Shown here one piece after another: positions 1 to 9,827 of a DNA stretch of 64,000 nt. The stretch comes from a phage. Made by a program: the position numbers and the translations under genes. The notes below the pieces were generated by a model. The model made no database searches. It had not been told where the DNA came from and was given only the letters and a program-made list of their open reading frames with translations. The DNA is taken from sequence record PZ583739.1, one strand, 5' to 3'. Position 1 is the stretch's first letter. Each line of letters begins with the position of its first letter.

Positions 1-1325
1 GTAGGGCCTTGTTTAGGAGCCGAATCATCATCAACCTCATACCAGCGCTGATTACCTTTCTTAACACCCATCTTGAATTTATTATAGTAGTTCTTATCAC
101 CATAACGAGACTTAAGCTGTTTGATTAACTGCAGCCCCATTTGAGCGAATTCTTCGGTCTCAACAACACCCAACATAAAGTCAGCTGTATGAGCAATACC
201 AAAGGATTCTGCGATGTCAGCCATATCAATCTCAGCTGCAACGTTCGCGCCCCTGGTTGTCTGCGCTGCAGTCCACAGGACCACATTTTTCTCGACTGCC
301 AGACCACGAAGTTCTTCTGCAACCATCTTAATCAGACCGTAACTATTTTCGGTAAACGTTTTCAGTCTTGAGCTTGCACAGATTGCCAGGTAGTCAACAA
401 TAATCACATCTGGTACAAACCCTTGCTTCAGCTTGTACTCGTTCAGTAATGCACGGAAGGTGTCCGCATGAGCACCGCCAGTTGGATATTGTTTTATCTT
501 CAGAGTCCCAAGAGTCCCGGAAGCACGCCATTTTTCCATCTTAGCTTTATATTCCGCCCATGACACATGACCTTCATCAATATCATCCAGAGATACATCC
601 AGCAAGTTGGCATCAATACGTTTGGCACATACTTCTTCAGCCATTTCCATGCTTATATAAAGCACATTATGACCAGTCTGAAGATAGTCAGCGGCTAACG
701 AACAAAGTCCAAGGGATTTGCCGACGTTCGTCCCGGCCAGTAAAACGTTCTCTGTACCGTACTCAACCCCACCCTTTGTGATTTTATTCAGGATGTTAAT
801 ACGGAACGGAACCTTCTTCGATTTGTTCAGATAAGTCTGGAATCGAGCTTCGTAATCGTTTAACCAGTCATGGCCCAGAGCGGAGTCAAAACAGATAGAC
901 AATGCATCGCGCATGATGTCGGGGATAGCACCAATATCCGGGATTCGTTTATCACGTTTATCTTTAGGAAGTTCGGCATTACTCTGGATTTCGATAATCC
1001 TGGATGTGGCATTGAACATCGCAGACTTCTGTACATACTTCTCGGTTTCTTTAACCAACCAGTCCTGGTCTTCTGGAGTATCGGCCAGGACTCCTAAGAG
1101 TTTCTTTGTGCCTTCATATTCGACTTCAGAAAGGTCAGAACTGTCGAGCGCGATATCAAGTGCAGTCTTAGTTGGTACCGCTTGATATTCTTTTACGTGT
1201 TCGTTAATCGTATTAAAAAGGGTCTTTGCAGGACCCTTTTCAAAATATGTGTTATTCAGATATGGCCAGACTTTAACAAAATATTCCTTGTTAAAGAGTA
1301 GCTGGGATAAAATAGTTTCTACCAC
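1..1325 (-). CDS. 41: Replicative DNA helicase gp41 (DnaB-like), N-terminal ~441 codons; 3' end lies beyond the window
   Basis: Hand translation of minus strand from GTG at 1325: MVETILSQLLFNKEYFVKVWPYLNNTYFEKGPAK...MFNATSRIIEIQSNAELP...IPDIGAIPDIMRDALSI, collinear with T4 gp41 N-terminus. Absent from ORF track because it runs off the edge and starts with GTG. Start overlaps stop of gene 40. Confidence 0.85.
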   Translation of the reverse strand, partial: MVETILSQLLFNKEYFVKVWPYLNNTYFEKGPAKTLFNTINEHVKEYQAVPTKTALDIALDSSDLSEVEYEGTKKLLGVLADTPEDQDWLVKETEKYVQKSAMFNATSRIIEIQSNAELPKDKRDKRIPDIGAIPDIMRDALSICFDSALGHDWLNDYEARFQTYLNKSKKVPFRINILNKITKGGVEYGTENVLLAGTNVGKSLGLCSLAADYLQTGHNVLYISMEMAEEVCAKRIDANLLDVSLDDIDEGHVSWAEYKAKMEKWRASGTLGTLKIKQYPTGGAHADTFRALLNEYKLKQGFVPDVIIVDYLAICASSRLKTFTENSYGLIKMVAEELRGLAVEKNVVLWTAAQTTRGANVAAEIDMADIAESFGIAHTADFMLGVVETEEFAQMGLQLIKQLKSRYGDKNYYNKFKMGVKKGNQRWYEVDDDSAPKQGP

Positions 1326-1663
1326 TTCCACCACCTCTTTTTCATTTTAATCTTATCAATTTCATCTTGTATTTGCATTGTAACACACTTTTCTACATGC
1401 ACAGCAAGCTCCGCTTTGCGGTCTTCGGAAGGGGTGCCGAAATCAACTGAAACTTTTCCAGATGGTTCAATTTTAATTCCGGTTACGTACACAATGTGAC
1501 TGGACCCATCAGGGAGTGATAACAGAATTTCCTGTCGTACAGTTCCCATGGATTGCCGGATAATCTCCAAACTTTTTTCGTAGTAAGGTACAGAAGGAGC
1601 CTTAGCTCCCTCCGCATCTTTCTCGAAATTATCTAAATCAGATAAATCGATATCATTCATCAA
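1319..1663 (-). CDS. 40: gp40-like small protein (head vertex assembly factor in T4), 114 aa
   Basis: Position between uvsX and 41 as in T4; size matches; sequence identity not verified. Confidence 0.5.
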   Translation of the reverse strand: MMNDIDLSDLDNFEKDAEGAKAPSVPYYEKSLEIIRQSMGTVRQEILLSLPDGSSHIVYVTGIKIEPSGKVSVDFGTPSEDRKAELAVHVEKCVTMQIQDEIDKIKMKKRWWKW

Positions 1664-2831
1664 GGTCTTCCATCATATCTAAATCGTTTTCGATATCTGC
1701 AGCGGACGGTTTTGTCTTACCTTCAGGAGCAGAGTATTTTTCAACCTTGGAGGCAATAAGCGCATCAACTTCGGCATCAACAACAGCATTGCTATCGATT
1801 GCACCCAGTTGGTAATGGCGTTTGATTGCATCACGGAAAGGTTCGTGTTTAAACAGCGGCCCCCAGAATTCGGTGCAGTTAGTATCTTTTGCGCGCCATG
1901 ATTTTTCTTCGCGGACCATTTCCCCGGTCTCAACATCAAGATATTCACGGTTATACCAACCAACTTTTGGTTTAACCACAAATCCGATTTCTATTGCCAT
2001 ATCAAGCAGGCCAGAATACGGGTCAATACCGCCATCGAATTTTACATCAATGAAGAATTTACTTTTCTCTTTGACCATACGAGATTTTTCGGCGTTCAGA
2101 ACAAATTGGAAGCCTTCAAGTTCTTTACCAGTTTCTTTAATCTGACGTTTACCGATAATGAATACAGTGTCCGCGGAATACATAACACCTGTGCCACCGG
2201 TCATAACGGTTTTACTGTACATCTCAATCGTCTCGATTGTATGGTTAACCGCGACACAAGGAATATCCTTGATACTAAAATAAGGGGTAACAATACGGAA
2301 CAGAGATTTCAGGGATTTAGCACGAGTCATATCGCCAACGACTTTTTCGTTCATCGCATCTTCTGTTTCTTTTTTCGACGCCATGTTACCGATTGAGTCA
2401 ATAAAGATAATGACTTTTTCACCACGCTCAATTGCTTCAAGCTGGTTAACCATATCAACTTTCAATTGTTCAACCGACTGGATTGGTGTATGGATAACAC
2501 GCTCCGGGTCTACTTTCATTGCACGAAGATATGCTTCTGTGATACCAAATTCTGAATCATAGAACAAACAGATTGCGTCGGGGTATTTGTTCATATATGC
2601 AGAGACCATCGTTAAACCCATATTGGATTTAAAGTGTTTTGACGGACCAGCAAAAATAGTCAAACCTGACTGCATACCACCATCTAGTGCACCGCTGATT
2701 GCAATGTTCAGCATCGGGATTTTTGTACGAACTACATCTTTATCATTAAAGAACTTGGACTTGGTAAGAGTCGCAGTCATTTTGGATGTAGAAGCTTTAA
2801 TCAAACGGGATTTCAAATCTGCAATAGACAT
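1653..2831 (-). CDS. uvsX: UvsX recombinase (RecA/Rad51-like)
   Basis: 392 aa; MSIADLKSRLIKASTSKMTA...GLTIFAGPSKHFKSN (Walker A)...near-collinear with T4 UvsX over full length. Confidence 0.96.
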   Translation of the reverse strand: MSIADLKSRLIKASTSKMTATLTKSKFFNDKDVVRTKIPMLNIAISGALDGGMQSGLTIFAGPSKHFKSNMGLTMVSAYMNKYPDAICLFYDSEFGITEAYLRAMKVDPERVIHTPIQSVEQLKVDMVNQLEAIERGEKVIIFIDSIGNMASKKETEDAMNEKVVGDMTRAKSLKSLFRIVTPYFSIKDIPCVAVNHTIETIEMYSKTVMTGGTGVMYSADTVFIIGKRQIKETGKELEGFQFVLNAEKSRMVKEKSKFFIDVKFDGGIDPYSGLLDMAIEIGFVVKPKVGWYNREYLDVETGEMVREEKSWRAKDTNCTEFWGPLFKHEPFRDAIKRHYQLGAIDSNAVVDAEVDALIASKVEKYSAPEGKTKPSAADIENDLDMMEDLDE

Positions 2832-2884
2832 TCATTTTTTCCATAGGCACCATTATATTTTTCTCACAGGTTTAAGATAGGATA

Positions 2885-2911
2885 ATTATATCACTGTATT
2901 TTCAGAGCAAT
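2885..2911 (-). promoter_or_regulatory. Candidate MotA-dependent middle promoter upstream of uvsX
   Basis: Minus strand reads TTGCTCTGA (MotA-box-like) then 11 nt then TATAAT. Confidence 0.3.
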
Positions 2912-3173
2912 TAACGATTGAATCCACGATTAATTGCACGTTCAACAATCTTCCGGGTCTGACGTTTGTCCCACCAGTACATAAAACCAATACCAAATGC
3001 AGACAACAGCCATAGGCTAATCAATAACATACCAATCATAATATTCTTCTCGCAGTTCAGAGCAATTTAGTAAACGTTACCACGTTTCCAGTTTTCTTCA
3101 TTCAAATGCTTATTACGCTTTTCTAATAGCAACAAACCAATTACTGTTACAACAATCAGAAGTAATAATAACA

Positions 3174-3677
3174 TCAGTTAATACCTTGGCGTGCTTTCTC
3201 TTTAGCCACACATTTATTAATATAGCTCAGACGGTTTTGAGCAGAACGCTGATACATATCGCGGTACTCATTAGCTTTTGGAGAACCCGTCTCCGCTGCC
3301 TGATAAGCTTCTGCGCGCATGATGTTTATCTGCATATTGATATATGACATGCAGACCTGTGAAATCTGGTTAACAGTATCCAGGTCATTTTGTCGCTTAG
3401 TTTCTGCTTCCAGCTTGGCAATGATTTCGTCATGCTTCGCAGCTTGCTCGCGTTTGTACTCAATTTCTTGTTGAGCATATTTCGCGCAGTTGTTTCCACA
3501 TTGATTGTTGTCGCGTTTGTAGATAAGTCCAGTACCGCCTTTGAAATCAAAGGAACCATTATGCACCTGACGGTCTGCAGCAATTCGCGCTTTACCAATC
3601 TCGTTGGCATTAACAACATCACCCTGGTAAGCACAACCAGATAGCAGCATAACAGCTGCGATAGCTAACTTTTTCAT
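3174..3677 (-). CDS. Predicted lipoprotein, 167 aa
   Basis: N-terminus MKKLAIAAVMLLSGC (signal peptide + lipobox); RBS GAGGAAA upstream of ATG at 3677; ORF-track start at 3704 is a longer extension. Confidence 0.55.
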   Translation of the reverse strand: MKKLAIAAVMLLSGCAYQGDVVNANEIGKARIAADRQVHNGSFDFKGGTGLIYKRDNNQCGNNCAKYAQQEIEYKREQAAKHDEIIAKLEAETKRQNDLDTVNQISQVCMSYINMQINIMRAEAYQAAETGSPKANEYRDMYQRSAQNRLSYINKCVAKEKARQGIN

Positions 3678-3827
3678 TGTATTTTCCTCAATTAAAACAT
3701 TCATAGCGGGCTTGGAGCCCCAAAAATACCCAACCCAAAATTAAAGTTGGAATCATATGCGGAGTCATTATTGCCCAATAGATTGACATACTAAAAAATG
3801 CAATCAGTACAATAATTGTAATTATCT

Positions 3828-4070
3828 TCATTTTGCTTCCTTGATGATAATTACTTGTGCGTTTGATTTACGTTCAGCAACGAGTGCCCAGATAAATGCA
3901 ATAAACCATCCGACCATTGTCCAACCTAACAGGAGGTTAACAAAGAAGATTCCACAATTACTTTTGGTACCACGCAGCAGCGCGATAATCCACGGCAGAA
4001 AATATGCCAGTGCAGCCAGGAAGAAAGAACCCGCACCAAGAACAACAGTACCCGCAATTAATGTTTCCAT
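3828..4070 (-). CDS. imm: Small two-TM membrane protein, Imm-like by position (superinfection immunity)
   Basis: 80 aa, two hydrophobic helices, lies immediately upstream of gene 43 where T4 imm lies; homology not verified. Confidence 0.45.
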   Translation of the reverse strand: METLIAGTVVLGAGSFFLAALAYFLPWIIALLRGTKSNCGIFFVNLLLGWTMVGWFIAFIWALVAERKSNAQVIIIKEAK

Positions 4071-4139
4071 TTTAATATCCTTAAGTTATTCATCAGTTGA
4101 TGAGGTAATCATACGGCAATCCATTGCCGTTGTAAACAC

Positions 4140-6854
4140 TTAAAAGTCAAACATATCAAAAAGAGTTGCTTTCTTTTCGTAATCAACCTTTGCAGCTTCA
4201 GAGAAACCTGTTAATGGCTTAACAAAAGTCTTCTGGAACAGTATGTTGTAGTCCATCCACTGCAGAACCTGGTCACGGATTTCAATCGGGAGTTCAATCC
4301 CAGATGGCCATGCAATCACGGTTTCACCAAACGGGTTACCGACTTTAAGAGGAAGTACATACACCTTTTCCCCTTCCATGATTTGTGGAACAGTCTTCAG
4401 ACCTTTAGTTGCACGCATATATGCAAGCACACCTTTGATATGAGCCGGGCACTTAAATCCAGGGAAACCGCCTTCATTATATTTCTGGATGTTGTTAACC
4501 GATGATACACCTGCGATGGTCATGTAGTTAAGCTCATTAAATTCCTTATTGAATTCCTTGAAGTATGTCTGCAGAGATTCTTCACCTTCTTGCAGCATAC
4601 GGCGGATACATTCTTTCAGAGCTTTCTGACATGCCTTTGGAGTACTCGACTTTTGAGTTTCCAGACCCATGATTTTCAATTTCGGAACAGCATATCGTGT
4701 GCCTTCCATATCGTACACGTTCAGTGCATAACGCTTCTTCGCCGTCCAGAATCCACCCACACCCTTAGAACCCAGCGGAGGACATGCAATCGCTTCACGG
4801 TCCATAAACATAAGGTGCTGTTTGTTGTTCATGTATTCAGCCAGCTCACGGAAAGCTTTATCGATTGCCGGTTCCAGACGGTCTTTCGCAAACTTGTCCA
4901 TGAAGTCAACCAGGTGGTTTGTATCACGGAATTTAGATTCGCCACCAACCTTTTTAATCAGGTTATCGCACTGGATATAAATGGAGTCAGTATCGCCATA
5001 GAACACATAAGTTTCGCCGCTTGTCCCACAGACACTATCGAAGTATTCGTTAACTTTACGCTCAATCCACTGCAATGCAAGTTGTCCGAAAGATGTAATC
5101 GCGGTTGCATTTCGCAGGTCAAAGTAACGGAACCAGATATTGCCCAGAGCGCCATAACAACTGTTGATAAGCAGTTTACGGTTAATCTGTGCGGTCATGC
5201 CTGCAACTTCTTCCATCTGCGCTTTGTACAACATACCATTCAGGACTGTTTGATTCAGACCATGCAGGGCCGTTTTCATATTGTCATCAAAGTCATGACG
5301 ATAATCAACTTCTGGTTCGGTTGTGCCAGTTCCTGGATTACGCAGAGCTTCCTTAATCAGTTCACCATTACGTTGAGCCGCAAGCATATAGCCTTTGTGC
5401 TCTTTACGCTGATTAAACACCTTGGTGACTTCTGTCGGAATAATACCCGCAACATCTTTAAAATACATCATACCATTTGGAGCACAACTAAATGTATCAG
5501 ATGGACGGTCAGCAGTTCCTGCGATGTATTCATACATCGGCGCTGGGGCAAATGAACCGGCAATCGTTTCTGGACTGATATTAATCTGTCGGATGATGCT
5601 TGGATACAGAGATGTTAAGTCACAGCTCATCACATATTTGTACGCGTTCGGAATAGGTTCCTTAACAAATGCACCAGGGAACGATTGACGAACATGCGAT
5701 TTGGTTTCCGGAATGACTTTGTTTTGAGTCTTCAGGCTGTTAAAGATAATCGCATCCCAAGTTTTGATTGGGCTGAATACAGACTGAATCTGCATTTTTG
5801 CGTAATAACCCATTGACTGACTCAGGTTAATAAACTGCCGCTTACGGTCAATCTGCACAACACGATAAACGTCGATGATGTTATAAGAAATATACCGCTG
5901 GTGATTTGATTCACGCAGTTTAGAAATCGGACCATCATACGGGAGTTTACCAACACCCAGTTCAGATTCCGCAACATAATCCAACGAATAAGACGGTTGG
6001 TTTGTGAAGCTGAACTTTTTATACAGGTCCAGATAATCCAGAACAGAGATACCCAGAATCTGAATGATTTCTTGTTCTTCACCAAAGCCGTTGTTAATGA
6101 CCTTAACTTTTGTACGACGATGTGGGCTCAGACGTTTTGCCGTAGCTTCACCAAATACATTTTTAAGACGGTTGTAGATATATGGAATATCAAACTTCTC
6201 GATGTTCCAACCGGTTAACATAACCGGAGTTTTCTCGTTCCAGAATACCAAATACTGCTGGAGCATTTCTTCTTCTGAATCGAAAGCCATATAAACAATT
6301 TTTTCCAGGATTTCTTCAGGGACTTCATCACCACCGTCTTCCTGCAGCTTAGCAGCAATATCAATAGACCATTGCTCCACAGTGGCGTATGGTGAGCCCA
6401 AAAGGTCAAAGACATAGAATTTATCGTCTACCGAATCATAGTGCGTCAGGGCATCAATAGGGTGACGTGCTTCAGACGGTTCAGGGAACCCATCAGGAGA
6501 TGTCACCTCGATATCGAAGTTAGCAACACGGATTTTACTTGAATCATATTTGATTTCGTGTGGGTAACGGTCGGACAAGTATGCGAGTTTAAAGTCATCC
6601 ATACCCATAACTTCGAGGCCCATGTCATTCATTCGCTTCATCCACTGGGATGCATCACGCATGGAATCGAATTCTTTTTTCACACAACCTTTATTATAGA
6701 TGTCTGTATACTTTGCAGCCTGGCCTTCCCGGGCGTGCATAAACAAGCATGGGGCATAAGGGATTTCACGAACACGTTCATGACCATTCTTGTCAATATA
6801 TCGTTCGAGTAGGTTGTCACCGATTTGTTCGATAGTTAAATAAAATTCTTGCAT
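4140..6854 (-). CDS. 43: DNA polymerase gp43 (family B, with 3'-5' exonuclease)
   Basis: 904 aa; exo motifs FDIEV, Pol motifs DLTSLYPSII, KLLINSCYG, YGDTDS; C-terminal ...KKATLFDMFDF as in RB69/T4 gp43. Confidence 0.98.
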   Translation of the reverse strand: MQEFYLTIEQIGDNLLERYIDKNGHERVREIPYAPCLFMHAREGQAAKYTDIYNKGCVKKEFDSMRDASQWMKRMNDMGLEVMGMDDFKLAYLSDRYPHEIKYDSSKIRVANFDIEVTSPDGFPEPSEARHPIDALTHYDSVDDKFYVFDLLGSPYATVEQWSIDIAAKLQEDGGDEVPEEILEKIVYMAFDSEEEMLQQYLVFWNEKTPVMLTGWNIEKFDIPYIYNRLKNVFGEATAKRLSPHRRTKVKVINNGFGEEQEIIQILGISVLDYLDLYKKFSFTNQPSYSLDYVAESELGVGKLPYDGPISKLRESNHQRYISYNIIDVYRVVQIDRKRQFINLSQSMGYYAKMQIQSVFSPIKTWDAIIFNSLKTQNKVIPETKSHVRQSFPGAFVKEPIPNAYKYVMSCDLTSLYPSIIRQINISPETIAGSFAPAPMYEYIAGTADRPSDTFSCAPNGMMYFKDVAGIIPTEVTKVFNQRKEHKGYMLAAQRNGELIKEALRNPGTGTTEPEVDYRHDFDDNMKTALHGLNQTVLNGMLYKAQMEEVAGMTAQINRKLLINSCYGALGNIWFRYFDLRNATAITSFGQLALQWIERKVNEYFDSVCGTSGETYVFYGDTDSIYIQCDNLIKKVGGESKFRDTNHLVDFMDKFAKDRLEPAIDKAFRELAEYMNNKQHLMFMDREAIACPPLGSKGVGGFWTAKKRYALNVYDMEGTRYAVPKLKIMGLETQKSSTPKACQKALKECIRRMLQEGEESLQTYFKEFNKEFNELNYMTIAGVSSVNNIQKYNEGGFPGFKCPAHIKGVLAYMRATKGLKTVPQIMEGEKVYVLPLKVGNPFGETVIAWPSGIELPIEIRDQVLQWMDYNILFQKTFVKPLTGFSEAAKVDYEKKATLFDMFDF

Positions 6855-6939
6855 TTGATTTCCTTTATAGTCGAGTGATTGACTTTTGTTTTATGACTTG
6901 ACGCTATTATACTACAAAAGGGACCGAAGTCCCTTTGCT

Positions 6940-7167
6940 TTAAATTTCTATTGTACGACGTTCGATAGTCGGATTACCATTTTCATCTTTAGTTCTAACC
7001 ATAGCCTGGAAGACTCTCTGACCAGGATGCAATAATTTATTGAGTTCCTTTTGAAATTCTATTTGAAGTTCTTCGGAAAGGTCAAAAATAGTTTGAGTTG
7101 GGGAAAGTCCGTATACTTCTTTAAGGCGTTCACATGTTTCAATTTCATGCTTCATATCAATTACCAA
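6940..7167 (-). CDS. Hypothetical protein, 75 aa
   Basis: ORF between gene 43 and regA, co-directional; no recognisable motif. Confidence 0.4.
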   Translation of the reverse strand: MVIDMKHEIETCERLKEVYGLSPTQTIFDLSEELQIEFQKELNKLLHPGQRVFQAMVRTKDENGNPTIERRTIEI

Positions 7168-7525
7168 TTGTATATTTGGCTACGAGCTTCCAGTCGTCTT
7201 TTTGTTTGAATGAGATAACACGGAAGTTGTTTGTTACTGCGAACAATTCATTATGCTCTTCTTCTTTGATAGCAATTAAGCCCCAGTCTTCGAGCAGTTG
7301 AGCAATGGAATCACGGCGCTGATAGTCTTCGCCGTCAATATCCACCTGACGACCATCCATGCGCAGCATTTCTTTGAAGTGAACAATATAGTAACGACCT
7401 TGCTTTTGGAGGATGTGGCAGCTCTGGTACAGTACACGGTCTTTATTATTTGCGATGCCCATACGGGTCAGAGTTTCTTTAACTTTCAGGAAGTCTTCAG
7501 GTTGCTTTAATGTAATTTCAATCAT
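7157..7525 (-). CDS. regA: RegA translational repressor
   Basis: 122 aa; MIEITLKQPEDFLKVKETLTRMGIANNKD...NNFRVISFKQK, near-identical to T4 RegA. Confidence 0.96.
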   Translation of the reverse strand: MIEITLKQPEDFLKVKETLTRMGIANNKDRVLYQSCHILQKQGRYYIVHFKEMLRMDGRQVDIDGEDYQRRDSIAQLLEDWGLIAIKEEEHNELFAVTNNFRVISFKQKDDWKLVAKYTIGN

Positions 7526-7526
7526 T

Positions 7527-8105
7527 TTACCATTCCAATATTTGTTTTTTAATTTCTTTTTGTTCTTTCACATTACTGGTAACGGTCTTTAAGAATTCAT
7601 CCGTTACCAGACCTTTTGTCTTTTTCAAAACATCTTTAAGACTACCTTTGACTTTCAATGTTTCCATATACATCAAAGCATCATCTGCATTAATTGTATA
7701 ATATTTCATCAAAAGCTTTAACACAAGCTGGACGTTGACTACATCCGGTTCAGCCTTGGCCCATTTGCCATAACGCTTGCCTTGTGGAACTGCATGCAAC
7801 AAATAATTATAATGCTGCTGGTCTGTTAACCCGGAACCGATTAAGTTCATCACGTTCACCTGCATGATGCAATCAACATGTTGACTCAATGCGTTATCCA
7901 GCCAGAATTTATTGTAGTTTTCTGATTGAATAAGGTTCCGTGGTTTTTTGCTAACGGTTATGTCGTTAAGAATCGCGAACAATTCATTTTCTGCTTTCTC
8001 TTTGTATGAATCGGACAATTCCTGAATTTTGTTAAAGTCGCGTGATTTCCACGCAACCTCATGTTCGTTTAATTGAACGTCATCATCAAAGAGACTTACA
8101 GCCAT
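7527..8105 (-). CDS. 62: Clamp-loader small subunit gp62
   Basis: 192 aa; MAVSLFDDDVQLNEHEVAW...GKRYGKWAK...; collinear with T4 gp62; ATGA-type overlap with gene 44 stop. Confidence 0.93.
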   Translation of the reverse strand: MAVSLFDDDVQLNEHEVAWKSRDFNKIQELSDSYKEKAENELFAILNDITVSKKPRNLIQSENYNKFWLDNALSQHVDCIMQVNVMNLIGSGLTDQQHYNYLLHAVPQGKRYGKWAKAEPDVVNVQLVLKLLMKYYTINADDALMYMETLKVKGSLKDVLKKTKGLVTDEFLKTVTSNVKEQKEIKKQILEW

Positions 8106-9073
8106 TTCATTTCCCCAGCCAGTTGAGCAAACAGATAAGTCAAGTGTACTTCGGTATTGGCCGCAATGCCATGATACTGATTATTCTCACCTACAATCTC
8201 ATACATGCGGATGATACTTGCACCAGTCAGTTTGCCATACATTTCATCAGCCAGCTTTGCAATGAAGCTTGAATAATCATTTGCATGCTTAGGAGCCAAG
8301 CCACGGAGAACTTTAAAGTTACGGTCCTTAAGGGCATCAATCACATCATCAATTGGTGTGCGATTGTTTGTCACGATACTCAGAATACCAGAATCGATAA
8401 CACCCTTTGCAGAGTAACGGTCAAGCTCGTTAATTGTCTTACGCAGGTCCGGGAAGTTATGCTTAACCAGAGCAGCAACAACTTTCAGGTCTTCGATTTC
8501 AACGCCTTCGTTTTTACATACCGCGACTGCACGATGAATCATCTCTTTCATCATGGTAGTCTGGTCAGCCGGAGTTGCTTCACCGAATTTAATGACGCGA
8601 CAACGAGACTGCAACGGAGTGATGATACCATCGATATTGTTCGCGGTCATAATGATTGAACAGTTACTCGAATAAGCTTCCATAAAGCTACGGAGGTGCC
8701 GTTGTGATTCAGCCAGACCTGCACGGTCGAACTCATCGATAACGATTACCTTGCGGCGACCTTCGATTGATTTGGATGATGCAAAGCGAGTCAATTCATT
8801 ACGCACAAAGTCAATTCGGCAATCGGAGCCGTTAACAAACAGCATATCAGAATTCGTATCTGCACACATAGCTTTTGCAACTGTTGTCTTACCAGTACCA
8901 GGGGAACTACTGACCAGAATCAAGTTAGGAATCAAACCTTTTTTAACAATCGCCTCTAATGTTTCTTTATCATGGGCCGGGAGAATACACTCTGATAATG
9001 TACCTGGGCGATATTTTTGTTCCCACATGAAGTCGGATTCATTGACTGTCAAACCGTTAATTACTGTTGCCAT
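8096..9073 (-). CDS. 44: Clamp-loader ATPase gp44 (AAA+)
   Basis: Start trimmed to ATG at 9073 (MATVINGLTV...) with RBS GAGGA; Walker A SPGTGKTT, IVIDEFD, SRC motif; collinear with T4 gp44. Confidence 0.93.
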   Translation of the reverse strand: MATVINGLTVNESDFMWEQKYRPGTLSECILPAHDKETLEAIVKKGLIPNLILVSSSPGTGKTTVAKAMCADTNSDMLFVNGSDCRIDFVRNELTRFASSKSIEGRRKVIVIDEFDRAGLAESQRHLRSFMEAYSSNCSIIMTANNIDGIITPLQSRCRVIKFGEATPADQTTMMKEMIHRAVAVCKNEGVEIEDLKVVAALVKHNFPDLRKTINELDRYSAKGVIDSGILSIVTNNRTPIDDVIDALKDRNFKVLRGLAPKHANDYSSFIAKLADEMYGKLTGASIIRMYEIVGENNQYHGIAANTEVHLTYLFAQLAGEMKWL

Positions 9074-9110
9074 TATTATTTTCCTCATATTAGTTTCTAC
9101 TTTGTACTCC

Positions 9111-9128
9111 ATGGGGCCGAAGCCCCAT
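9111..9128 (-). promoter_or_regulatory. Intercistronic C(UUCG)G tetraloop hairpin between genes 45 and 44
   Basis: Minus-strand RNA AUGGGGC-UUCG-GCCCCAU; 7-bp stem, UUCG loop. Confidence 0.5.
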
Positions 9129-9131
9129 TTA

Positions 9132-9827
9132 TTAATCTTGGAATTCGTGGCTAGAGCCTTGTTCCATTGCAATCACATAGCTTGCTTGTGTGCCTTCAAA
9201 CTTCGTAGCAAATTTATCATCTTTCGCCCAAAGCATAACACGGTAATCAGCCGGAATCATTTTCATATTCAGTTTGTTAATGATAAATTTAAACGCTGCA
9301 TCGCCTTCGTAATCGCCACACACCAGGGAATACAATGGACGCGCTAATTCTTTATCTTCGAGCTGGTTATAACCATGGATAACAATCTTACCGTCTTTGT
9401 TGGTGATTGCAAAAGTGTCCAGAGACAAACCACCAGCCACACGCAGAAGCTGCTGCAGGTCACTGCCTTTCAGGTCGAAGATAACCTTAGCTACCGGGAA
9501 AGGAATCTTCTTAGCAGGGAACACGATAGTGCTCGGGTCAGCTGCAGGCCAGTGAATCGTTGAACGTTGGTCTTTGATAATGATATTCGATGCATCTTCA
9601 GACAGAGATACTTCAGCTTGGTCAGTTACCAGGCCCAGGATACTTAAGAAGCCGTTCAGGTCATAAATTGCCGCTTCAAAGTCGATTGTATCATTGATTT
9701 CAGATTCACCATATGACGCTCCAGTTACAGAACGAGTTAGGATGGTATTGCCTGGTTTAAGCATAATGCCAGAGTAGATGGAGGTGAAGTTTTTCAAAAC
9801 TGCGATGGTGTCACGACTAAATTTCAT
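9132..9827 (-). CDS. 45: Sliding clamp gp45
   Basis: 231 aa; MKFSRDTIAVLKNFTSIYSGIMLKPG...FWPAADPST...LQQLLRV; collinear with T4 gp45. Confidence 0.95.
   Translation of the reverse strand: MKFSRDTIAVLKNFTSIYSGIMLKPGNTILTRSVTGASYGESEINDTIDFEAAIYDLNGFLSILGLVTDQAEVSLSEDASNIIIKDQRSTIHWPAADPSTIVFPAKKIPFPVAKVIFDLKGSDLQQLLRVAGGLSLDTFAITNKDGKIVIHGYNQLEDKELARPLYSLVCGDYEGDAAFKFIINKLNMKMIPADYRVMLWAKDDKFATKFEGTQASYVIAMEQGSSHEFQD

Noticed and set aside
4590-5555. 321-aa plus-strand ORF
   Set aside because: Lies entirely antisense to the DNA polymerase gene 43, whose frame is unambiguous; long antisense ORFs are expected by chance in AT-rich coding DNA.
4140-6854. Cys residues in DNA polymerase motifs (SCDLTSLYPS and LINSCYGALG) where I recall Phe/Leu in T4 and RB69
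   Set aside because: Confirmed in the DNA (TGT codon), but these positions are variable across family B polymerases and my reference sequences are from memory; no functional inference is justified without an alignment.
8096-9172. N-terminal extensions in the ORF track (for example gp44 from 9172, gp47 from 14544, regB from 37759, gp53 from 58282)
   Set aside because: The track extends ORFs to upstream TTG/GTG codons; in these cases an internal ATG with a Shine-Dalgarno matches the T4 protein N-terminus, so the extensions were trimmed.
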